IMG/VR virus record: IMGVR_UViG_3300031707_004017
Direction: 5' to 3' (one strand)
DNA length: 43,064 bases
Source of the DNA: a virus
Taxonomy: Duplodnaviria > Heunggongvirae > Uroviricota > Caudoviricetes
Shown: in pieces, positions 9,465 to 17,726 of the stretch
Layout of the letters: every line of letters begins with the position of its first letter
Position numbering within the stretch: the stretch's first letter is position 1
Position numbers and translations under genes: made by a program
Notes under the pieces: model-generated
The model's input: only the letters and a program-made list of their open reading frames with translations
Databases searched by the model: none
Told to the model about the DNA's origin: nothing

Positions 9465-9887
9465 TTAACTAAGACGAATAATGAATGAAGCAGCTCCGGC
9501 AGCTGATGCGATTGTCACTGCCGTAAATGTAGCATTATGAGTGATCGTGAGATCTGAATCGAGCGACTTGACACCCGATGCCGCAATAATGCATGTCACA
9601 ATCGGCGGGAAACCAAAATTGTGAGTCAATGTTACACTACCACCAGGAGCAACGACACCAGTCACATCATTCATAGTAATCTTTGGAACAGTAGCAGTAG
9701 CAAAACGATGAATGTCACCAGACTGCGCGCTCAGTAAAACCTCTGACGTCTCGACTAAATACATCGACGCGCCTGCCGAACCTGCTGGATCCAAACGAAT
9801 ACTGCGAAGAATGGGTGAGACGCCTTTAATGACAGTACCAAGATCATTGAACTCCAACACATTGGCTGTTAGATTCGTAATCTTCAT
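9465..9887 (-). CDS. Hypothetical, probable virion structural protein
   Basis: 140 aa, small-residue beta-rich composition, located downstream of the capsid genes, AGGAGG SD. Confidence 0.55.
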   Translation of the reverse strand: MKITNLTANVLEFNDLGTVIKGVSPILRSIRLDPAGSAGASMYLVETSEVLLSAQSGDIHRFATATVPKITMNDVTGVVAPGGSVTLTHNFGFPPIVTCIIAASGVKSLDSDLTITHNATFTAVTIASAAGAASFIIRLS

Positions 9888-9913
9888 AACAATCCTCCTT
9901 ATACGGTTTGTTG

Positions 9914-10405
9914 TTAAACAGTTTTTACTTTTCCATCAGCATTTACTGACACGGGTATAAACCGATTTTGGTCTTTATTATATCCGACAATTGCTGTTGT
10001 TTGAATCTCAGGATATCTTAATCTCATACCATCAATAGTATACGGCGGAATCTCGACAATATCTTCAGGTAACTGCTCAGCACCACCTATAACCGGCCTC
10101 AACCTAACATAATTCACGATGTCGTTAACCCAACCAGGAACGTTTTCAGGAATAACATGCACTACAACTTTACCAAAATAAGACCGATTACCATTATAAC
10201 CCGGTGACGGCTGATTCTCGACTGACACTAACAACTTATTAAACACTCCAACTAACGATGTATCCCAATACACATTATAAGAAGTCGGCGAAGTAACATT
10301 TCCAGCATTAGGCCTCGACGGCCACATCAATGTGATCCGACTCGGCAATCTATAAACTACTTGAATTTTATTACTAATCATTTTTTCACTTCTTTCGTTT
10401 TCCAA
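9914..10405 (-). CDS. Hypothetical protein, FN3/Ig-like fold possible (likely real start ATG 10381)
   Basis: ITLMW...TSYNVYW...NYVRLRP pattern resembles FN3 strands. Confidence 0.45.
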   Translation of the reverse strand: MENERSEKMISNKIQVVYRLPSRITLMWPSRPNAGNVTSPTSYNVYWDTSLVGVFNKLLVSVENQPSPGYNGNRSYFGKVVVHVIPENVPGWVNDIVNYVRLRPVIGGAEQLPEDIVEIPPYTIDGMRLRYPEIQTTAIVGYNKDQNRFIPVSVNADGKVKTV

Positions 10406-10883
10406 TCCTCAAACTTTTCTTCATCTTTTCTTTAATCTCACTCTTAATGCTGTCAGCTGTCTTCTTAATATCGACTTTTCGTTGTGTCGAATTCCGTCTA
10501 TTATCTCTCGCAGCTATTATCGGTTCTTGATGTAATACTTCATCAGCCATATCTTCGTCTGTCACTTCTCCCAATCCCTTATCAGGAGTTGCAACTTCTA
10601 CATCTTTATTTATCTTCCTACTAATCGCCTTCGGCTGATTTTGATCTACACGCGCATTCGGTATCTCTTCTTTAACTCCCTTCGTAAGCTTATCTACTCG
10701 CTCAACTTCAAGTCTATCAGCTTCTTTATCTGTTATCACCTTAACCCAACCAGCTCTAATTGCTGCCGCTAAAGACTTTGAAGTTTTTTCATATGTTACA
10801 TCTTGAGGATCATATACATCACTCTCGGCCAAACAAACACCGCGATCGACAAGCCTACATCTTTCGACAGTTAAATACTTCAT
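10386..10883 (-). CDS. Hypothetical charged protein
   Basis: 165-aa ORF with AAGGAGG SD in the post-capsid gene cluster. Confidence 0.6.
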   Translation of the reverse strand: MKYLTVERCRLVDRGVCLAESDVYDPQDVTYEKTSKSLAAAIRAGWVKVITDKEADRLEVERVDKLTKGVKEEIPNARVDQNQPKAISRKINKDVEVATPDKGLGEVTDEDMADEVLHQEPIIAARDNRRNSTQRKVDIKKTADSIKSEIKEKMKKSLRIGKRKK

Positions 10884-10935
10884 CTTAATCCTCCTTCATT
10901 TAATTTAATTTGTTTAATCTACCCAAACATTTATA

Positions 10936-11661
10936 TTACTTTCCCTCAGCTGCTCTGCCAACCTCATCTCTCTTATCATCAAACTCACCAGGACCAATAT
11001 CGATCCATTCTTCATCACCAGTCTGGGACGACATATCAGCCTCAGGATCATCTTTCTTAACATCATGCTCTTCAGGATGCACAGCTTCCTTCTTAACAGC
11101 TGTTTTCTTACTCTCACTCACTACAGAAGCAACGACATCTTCGAGCTCTTCGTCATCGACGTCGCCTTCGACATTCTCTAACTCTGCCACTTCATCATCA
11201 ACGTCATCAACGTCATCAAAATCTTCTTCTTCATCTTCCATAATATCAGCGACTTTATTCAACTTAATTGCCATCTTACGTAAAAGTTTAGCTGAAGCAG
11301 CACGACCCACTGCATCTCTTTTATCAGCATCCCAATTATTCTTAGCCGCGACTTCTTCCTCGTGACCTTTACCAATCTGCCCTTTATCACCTTTGCCTGC
11401 ATCATAATCATCTTGCACGGTAGCATCATACCCAGATGATAATTCACCAATGTAACTGGCTTTACGGGTATCCTTCATACATTCCTCCTTACAATTGTTG
11501 TTTTGTGATGCTCTTATTTCGTAATCTGGCTTTTCTAATGGTTCAAACTCATTACTAAAATCGCTATTAGTAAATTCTTCATACTTGTCAACCATACCAT
11601 CTGCATCCATCTCGCGATTAGTTAATGAATGATTATCCTTCTTCATGCTATTTACTTGCAT
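10936..11661 (-). CDS. Acidic low-complexity protein, possible internal head protein
   Basis: D/E-rich 241-aa ORF directly after the capsid terminator; the start may be the downstream ATG (MKKDN). Confidence 0.55.
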   Translation of the reverse strand: MQVNSMKKDNHSLTNREMDADGMVDKYEEFTNSDFSNEFEPLEKPDYEIRASQNNNCKEECMKDTRKASYIGELSSGYDATVQDDYDAGKGDKGQIGKGHEEEVAAKNNWDADKRDAVGRAASAKLLRKMAIKLNKVADIMEDEEEDFDDVDDVDDEVAELENVEGDVDDEELEDVVASVVSESKKTAVKKEAVHPEEHDVKKDDPEADMSSQTGDEEWIDIGPGEFDDKRDEVGRAAEGK

Positions 11662-11836
11662 ATAAAGAAATTATCACCTACTTTTTCAACATATATAATC
11701 GTATTATTAACCCATCGACTTTACAAATTAACAACTACTCAATAAATAGTTCTAAATTAAAGTTACTTTTTTTATACTATAGTGTCATTTTTTCTAATGT
11801 AGCGTCTTTCTTTTCTAACATCGTCATAAATTAAAC

Positions 11837-11867
11837 AAAAAAAGAGAGTGACTGACATCACTCTCTT
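11837..11867 (-). terminator. Rho-independent terminator after the major capsid gene
   Basis: Stem AAGAGAGTGA/TCACTCTCTT, 6-nt loop, U-tract on the minus strand. Confidence 0.85.
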
Positions 11868-11896
11868 AATCGACATTTACAAAAATGTTCTATAAC

Positions 11897-12769
11897 TTAC
11901 CTTGTTATAACAATCGGGGCCACTCCTCTTGGGTTCCAGATGCCAATGCCGATTTGCTCGAAGATCGACCAGCCAATTAACCTTGAATCAGGATCATCTG
12001 AAGGTAGTACTGTGATATCAATACGTTGAGGCATAATCCCGAGGAATTTTTCTTCCGTGCATACGTACACTGTGCCGATCGGAACGATACGGCTGACGAT
12101 GATTTCTGCACCCCAGATCATTCCCATGAGGCCTGTGTTGAGCAAGCTTTTCTGAGTGATCGGATCGAGCTGGTCGCGACCCCATTTTCTGATGTCTGAG
12201 TAGTCACGAGCATTCATGAACATGCGTGCAACGCGAAGGTCATGTTTTTCGACTTCTGCAAAAGCATCAGCAAGAGCATCACGATCCAAAGAACCTGCAG
12301 CATTGATTGTAGCATTGAAAGGAACACCTGTAATCGGATCAACCTGTGCAATAGCAACATCAAAGGCAGCAAATCCGAGTTCATCTTCAGCAGCCTGAAT
12401 TTCCTGTTTGGCTTTTTCTTGTGCACGATCAATGAGATTGTAGCGTCTTTCTTTTACCTGTGTGAACGGGATCTTGGGAGTTGAGCCGAGTTCAAAGAGC
12501 GGAATCAAGATACGTTTTCCTTTTACGATCGTTTCTGGCGTTTTGCCTTCTTCTGCGATTACGATAGCGGGAACGTTGATATCCTTATCGTAATAGGGCA
12601 GAGCACCTTGCGGGAGAGCATCTACTACGATAGCCCTACGAAATACGCCTTCGTAGTCCAGTCTTTCGCGCAGAGGATTCTGCATCGAAGCGGCAAGTTT
12701 CATTTTGCCTTCGGCTGTTTGGAGAAGCTTATTAACAACAGCTTCTCTCTGTGCAGGTGTAAGTTTCAT
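11897..12769 (-). CDS. Major capsid protein, HK97 fold (compact, encapsulin-like size, 290 aa)
   Basis: Last gene of the protease-scaffold-decoration block, followed by a strong terminator; P-domain-like FMNARDYSDIRKW and GMIWGAEIIVSRIVPIGTVYV motifs. Confidence 0.8.
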   Translation of the reverse strand: MKLTPAQREAVVNKLLQTAEGKMKLAASMQNPLRERLDYEGVFRRAIVVDALPQGALPYYDKDINVPAIVIAEEGKTPETIVKGKRILIPLFELGSTPKIPFTQVKERRYNLIDRAQEKAKQEIQAAEDELGFAAFDVAIAQVDPITGVPFNATINAAGSLDRDALADAFAEVEKHDLRVARMFMNARDYSDIRKWGRDQLDPITQKSLLNTGLMGMIWGAEIIVSRIVPIGTVYVCTEEKFLGIMPQRIDITVLPSDDPDSRLIGWSIFEQIGIGIWNPRGVAPIVITR

Positions 12770-12847
12770 TTTAGAGACTCCTTATAATTGTTTATCGTAT
12801 CATTGATGTAAATTAAATTACAGTCACAGTTTGCAATCAATTTTAAT

Positions 12848-13345
12848 TTAGATGATCGTATTGAATCCAAGGAACGGATTGTCAGCCGCAGGAGCCTTCG
12901 TGACATAACCGACAATGATCGAACCCGTGCTCTCTGTTGTCAGCAAGCCAAAATTTGAAACATACAGCGGCAAGCCAAGTGAAGCTGTCCACGCAGTGTC
13001 AAGCGCCGCACCTGATTCTTTGACTGTTTCATAGATGTCTGTTTCATATGAGCCTGGAGCTGTCATGACCGTTAATTTACCAGAAGCGATTGTCGGCGTA
13101 TTTTCATAAGCCGAACCAGCTGCATCATTGAGGAAGAAGCCAATGGGCTTGTCGTTCGTGCAGATGCTTGTTTCATAGCTTGCACTCATCATTGCAGCCA
13201 TTCCACCCATAGCACCGTTGGGCGCGTTTGCCGGAATACGACCAAGCGGGCGACCAGCTTCAGCTGCTGTATTCGGGCGTGTGAAACCCGTAGCATTGAG
13301 GCTGTAAAGTGTGTTCCTGTTACCAGGATTTTTAATTACTAGCAT
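12848..13345 (-). CDS. Head decoration/cement protein (lambda gpD-like position)
   Basis: 165 aa, G/A/T-rich, immediately upstream of the capsid gene; GGAGG SD. Confidence 0.6.
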   Translation of the reverse strand: MLVIKNPGNRNTLYSLNATGFTRPNTAAEAGRPLGRIPANAPNGAMGGMAAMMSASYETSICTNDKPIGFFLNDAAGSAYENTPTIASGKLTVMTAPGSYETDIYETVKESGAALDTAWTASLGLPLYVSNFGLLTTESTGSIIVGYVTKAPAADNPFLGFNTII

Positions 13346-13400
13346 GTTTAATCCTCCAGAGATATTGTTGTTGTTTAATTTCTGTAAGCACAGTATCTAA

Positions 13401-15269
13401 TTATTGTTCGTCATGACGCCATAGACCTTCAAGTTCGCGGACCTGAGGATCTGTTGCGAATTGATTTTGTTCAATCCTGTCATAAGCTTCTTTTCGGCCT
13501 TTGTTATAACCTTCATTGGCAATTTTCTTAGTGCCCTTTGAAGTGGCTTCTTTTTCTTCAACTTCTACAGCGTCGCCTACTTCTTCTTCGACTTCATCTG
13601 AATCTCCAGCTACAGCTGCATCAATTTCATCATCTGTTGGCATTGCATCATCAGCCTTGCCATCATCTGAATCATCTTCTGCGCTAGCTGCTTTTACTTC
13701 ATCTTCTGTTAATAGCGCTGCCAATGCATCATCATCTTCAGTCGCGTCTGGTTTCTTCGCTTCAGCTTCTTTTGTAGCTAAATCAGCAGTTGTGGCGGCG
13801 TCATCAACAATAGTTTTATCTTTCTTCTTACCATCATCAGTCGCTTCTTTTTCTGTCATATCAAGTGCAGCTGCAGCTTCATCTTTTTTCTTGCAATCAT
13901 CAGCGTCTGTAGCTTCAGCTGTTTTTGCTTTTCCGCCCATTTCAGCTTTCATTGCATCTTCATCTTTTTTATCAGCAGTTTTCGTCACTGAAGATTCAAC
14001 ACTTGCAGCAAGCTGTTCAGCTTCATCCGCTATTTCATCTTCTTCATCAGCTTCTGGTGTTTTGCCTTCAGCTTCTAATTCATCTGCCTTTTTGCGATGT
14101 TCGGCTGCAATTTTTCGATAAATAGAAGCAGCTTCTTTGCCAAGTTCTTCTTCATCGTCATCTTCAAAATCTTCATCTTCTTCTTCAATGTTTTCAGCTA
14201 GTTCATCTGCCTCTTTCGCAATTTCAAGTTCTGTCGCAGCTGCAGTTTCATTTCCAGTTTTCTTTAATTCTTCAGCTTTTGCTTTGTGATCTGAAGCAAT
14301 TTTACGATAAATAGCAGCAGCAGCTTCAACTTGCATATCTTCATCTTCATCAATGCCTTCATCGTCGTCATCAATGTCTTCAATTAATTCATCTTCTTCG
14401 TCAATATCTTTATCGTCACTACCGCATTTTTTGCCGGCATCATCGTCATCATCATCGTCGTCATCATCAGAAGCAACTTTTTTGCCTTGTGCATCAACAC
14501 CTTTAGCTTCAGATTCGACCTGTTTCACAGCATCGTCAGATTTTACTGAATCAACTTTTGCTGATTCCATTTGTGCATAGAATTTATCAGCAGCTGATGC
14601 AGCTTCTTTTGCCAATGATTCATATCTTGCAGCCTTTTCATCTTCATCATCTGCAACTGCTGTATTGTCAACAGATTCCGCATCTTCAGCAGCTTGTTTG
14701 TGAAGCCTTGACATACGTGCATAACGTCTACTTGCTATCAATGCTTCATCGACTGAATTGTAAAGATCTTGTCCGGCAACTTTCTTTTCCAAAAGATTAA
14801 TTTCATCATTCGACATTGCGACAATTTTCATTACTTGATTTTTGATGTCCGCTTCATTATTTGCTATTTTCTTCTGTTCTACCAGAGCTTTTGCAATTGC
14901 AAGACCACGACGTGCTTTTCTCTCAATCATCGCTTCTTTCTCAAGATGAGCAATCTTCTTTTTCAATACATTATTTTCATCTATCACTGCAGATGCTTCT
15001 TTTACAGAAATACCTTTTGCATCGCGTGACACGGCCTTCATAGTCTTGTCTTGCTCTTCAGCTTTTGAGTCAATAGAAGGTTTTGCGCCGGGATTTGTCA
15101 TCTGTTTTGCTTGTTTGTCATTTAATGTTTTAACTAAATTCTCAGCAAATGCTTTAGCTTCAATGGGTTTAAACGTTTCAGCACTTGCACGAATAATTTT
15201 TGTTACACTCCCATTTTTCAGTAGCTGAATGCGGCTACCTGAAGTATGTACCTTTGCTGTCCAAATCAT
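13401..15269 (-). CDS. Acidic scaffolding-like protein (622 aa)
   Basis: Highly D/E/A/K-rich helical protein between the protease and capsid genes. ATG 15269 (MIWTAK) has AAGGAGG upstream, so it is preferred to the TTG at 15329. Confidence 0.7.
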   Translation of the reverse strand: MIWTAKVHTSGSRIQLLKNGSVTKIIRASAETFKPIEAKAFAENLVKTLNDKQAKQMTNPGAKPSIDSKAEEQDKTMKAVSRDAKGISVKEASAVIDENNVLKKKIAHLEKEAMIERKARRGLAIAKALVEQKKIANNEADIKNQVMKIVAMSNDEINLLEKKVAGQDLYNSVDEALIASRRYARMSRLHKQAAEDAESVDNTAVADDEDEKAARYESLAKEAASAADKFYAQMESAKVDSVKSDDAVKQVESEAKGVDAQGKKVASDDDDDDDDDDAGKKCGSDDKDIDEEDELIEDIDDDDEGIDEDEDMQVEAAAAIYRKIASDHKAKAEELKKTGNETAAATELEIAKEADELAENIEEEDEDFEDDDEEELGKEAASIYRKIAAEHRKKADELEAEGKTPEADEEDEIADEAEQLAASVESSVTKTADKKDEDAMKAEMGGKAKTAEATDADDCKKKDEAAAALDMTEKEATDDGKKKDKTIVDDAATTADLATKEAEAKKPDATEDDDALAALLTEDEVKAASAEDDSDDGKADDAMPTDDEIDAAVAGDSDEVEEEVGDAVEVEEKEATSKGTKKIANEGYNKGRKEAYDRIEQNQFATDPQVRELEGLWRHDEQ

Positions 15270-15487
15270 GCCGTCCTCCTTAAGTTGTCTTTGCTGTAAA
15301 TCATTTTGGTATCTTTGGTGTAAAAACAATGTAACTTTACCTTAACATTCAAGATCTAACTTAAAATTAAGACATCTGAAACAATCAACAATAGACATAA
15401 GCTACTGTTAGCTGTAGCAACCATCAACTCATGAATCTATTTTAATATGTTGAATATAATGTAGCTAGTAAAACTGTAGGGACCATC

Positions 15488-17236
15488 TTAATATCTTAAA
15501 GCTGTTACATCGATATGTAAATCATCATTATTAACCGTCGTATTAAATTTTAAATTAGTATTACTAAATTTTGTCATAACTTTAAATGATTTTGCATATT
15601 TTAATCCTTTAGTCTGCGGCATCACGCAAGTAATGTCATGTTGGACATTATCAATATGACGCTCAAATTCATTTAAAATAGCTGCCACTTTTTCATTCCA
15701 TACTGCCTTTTTAACTTGATAATATTTACCATTCCACTTTGCATCAAAAGAGACTAAATCATTAGTGCTTGCCCACTTAATATTGTCTTGCTTATAATCT
15801 CGTTTAAACAATTTTTCTTTTAATCCCATTTTTTCACCATCAAGCCATCTAACTTCTACATTATCATCATCGACTCTTAAAATTTGAAATCTAGAATTTG
15901 TTGGTAAAAAAGTTCCTCTTCTTTGAACTGATAATTCTTCTTTATCAATCTTTTTAGCTTTCTTTTCAAATTCTGGTGCTTTAAATGAATATTTAGAAAC
16001 AATATCAGCGGGAATATTTCTAATCATGCCAAACTTAGCAAAATATACAGCACAAGTATTACTCTCACGACCAACTAAACGACCAACAGTATCTTTACCA
16101 ATAAAATTTAATATACTTTTAGCAACCCTATCATGAGGCGGTATATTATATTGATCTTTTAAAATCACTAATGAGCCATAATCGCTGCATCGTTCAACTT
16201 TTGCAGTTTTCTTCTTGCTTTTGCCAGCATTAATAACACTCTCAAATTGCTGTTCATCAAAAGTTTCCAAAGTATTATGAGGATCGCGATAAGGAATATC
16301 ACTATACCTGCCTTCTTCACCGGGTTCGTAAGATTTAGAATTTTTTTCATCGTTTGACCTTTCCATTGGATGATCTGATTGAATCTTTGAATCTTTTGAT
16401 GCAAATTTAGCTATTACATCAAATTTAGACATTTCATTTTGAAATTCAGATGAACTAATCTTCCTACATAACATGTTTGATAATAGTTGTAATGACACTT
16501 TATCAGATGCTACTAATTTTCTAAAAACAGCTCCTGCAAAAGCAGGATTTGCAACTATCGAACAATCATAAAACGTATTTTCAAAACAGAGCTCACAAAC
16601 TTTACGATAAATACCGTCTGCACACTTAACCATCTGATTCTTTTGATTCTTAATATGATTGCAATATTCTTTTTCATCGTGTGCGACATTACCACAGATT
16701 GAACAAATTGTGTATTTTGTCGTACAGCCCATTGAGACTGCGTTTGCTAATCCCGTCTCAATGTTATGCACCAAATCTGCATGTCGCTTGTCAACGCAGA
16801 ATAACAAATCAACTAATATTGTATCGCCCATGTCGCGAGCAATTGCGTCTAATACTTTACCTTTTGCATTCTCAGGATTTTGATCGTGTTCAACATAAAC
16901 TATCCCACTATCAACAAATGTACGATAATCTTTAAGTAATACATCACGAATCCACGAATCACCATTAGTATTAATATATTTTTCTGTAGCTCTAGTAATA
17001 TAATAATCTGATTCTGGTTCAAGATCAACAGACGCCATTATCGTAGTGTGAATGTATATATAATTGTTGACATCAATTTGACAGACTACGTGTTGATCAT
17101 TGTCTGGTTTTAAATTTTTATGTATAACTATGCCATCCGCCGTCGATTTCTTATTTACAATGTCTGACCAATCATTAGCAGTCTTAATTTTATTACTATC
17201 GCAAATTGCAAATACTGTTCCATGTTTTATGAACAT
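15488..17236 (-). CDS. Prohead (capsid maturation) protease with Cys-rich insertion and long C-terminal extension
   Basis: VYVEH, AVSMG, CSICGN...YCNH Zn motif and CSIVANPAF match the HK97/assemblin-type protease pattern; located between portal and scaffold. Confidence 0.75.
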   Translation of the reverse strand: MFIKHGTVFAICDSNKIKTANDWSDIVNKKSTADGIVIHKNLKPDNDQHVVCQIDVNNYIYIHTTIMASVDLEPESDYYITRATEKYINTNGDSWIRDVLLKDYRTFVDSGIVYVEHDQNPENAKGKVLDAIARDMGDTILVDLLFCVDKRHADLVHNIETGLANAVSMGCTTKYTICSICGNVAHDEKEYCNHIKNQKNQMVKCADGIYRKVCELCFENTFYDCSIVANPAFAGAVFRKLVASDKVSLQLLSNMLCRKISSSEFQNEMSKFDVIAKFASKDSKIQSDHPMERSNDEKNSKSYEPGEEGRYSDIPYRDPHNTLETFDEQQFESVINAGKSKKKTAKVERCSDYGSLVILKDQYNIPPHDRVAKSILNFIGKDTVGRLVGRESNTCAVYFAKFGMIRNIPADIVSKYSFKAPEFEKKAKKIDKEELSVQRRGTFLPTNSRFQILRVDDDNVEVRWLDGEKMGLKEKLFKRDYKQDNIKWASTNDLVSFDAKWNGKYYQVKKAVWNEKVAAILNEFERHIDNVQHDITCVMPQTKGLKYAKSFKVMTKFSNTNLKFNTTVNNDDLHIDVTALRY

Positions 17237-17297
17237 ATTAAACTCCTGTTTGTGTTCAATTCATCAATATAGGTAAGAAGATAAAAGCAAAAGAAAC

Positions 17298-17726
17298 TTA
17301 TTGCGCATCTTTGACGTCTCGTTTAAATTTCACTAATGCGGCATATACGTGTTTACAAATTAAATTTTTATGCTCGGGATCTCTAACGACGGGATCACTT
17401 AAATCAGAAAATGATCGTTCACTATAACCATTATTTGCAGCATTAAAATCTGGTCCGTTCCACTTCCAATAATTACAAGTACAACTAATTAAAACATCTC
17501 TATTCTTAATCTGTCTTAATTTGTTATACTGTTTTTCTGTTAGTAATGCTCGTAATCGTTTTTGAATCTTTGGATATTTTATTCTTACTGTATAGTCACC
17601 TACATTATAAATCCATATATTATTAAGTGACTTAAGCAGTCGAGGCCGATAATTTTTAGACTTGTTTTTTATATTAATGGGTGTTTGACTTATTAACTCA
17701 CCTATATTTATAGCCTGTTTATTCAT
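17298..17726 (-). CDS. SWIM zinc-finger protein
   Basis: CTC...ICKHVYAAL (CxC-xn-CxH). Confidence 0.75.
   Translation of the reverse strand: MNKQAINIGELISQTPINIKNKSKNYRPRLLKSLNNIWIYNVGDYTVRIKYPKIQKRLRALLTEKQYNKLRQIKNRDVLISCTCNYWKWNGPDFNAANNGYSERSFSDLSDPVVRDPEHKNLICKHVYAALVKFKRDVKDAQ

Noticed and set aside
6053-17297. Shared late-promoter motif in intergenic gaps (e.g. TAATAAT at ~6115 and ~11700)
   Set aside because: Too short and AT-rich to separate from background by eye; needs MEME on the whole genome.
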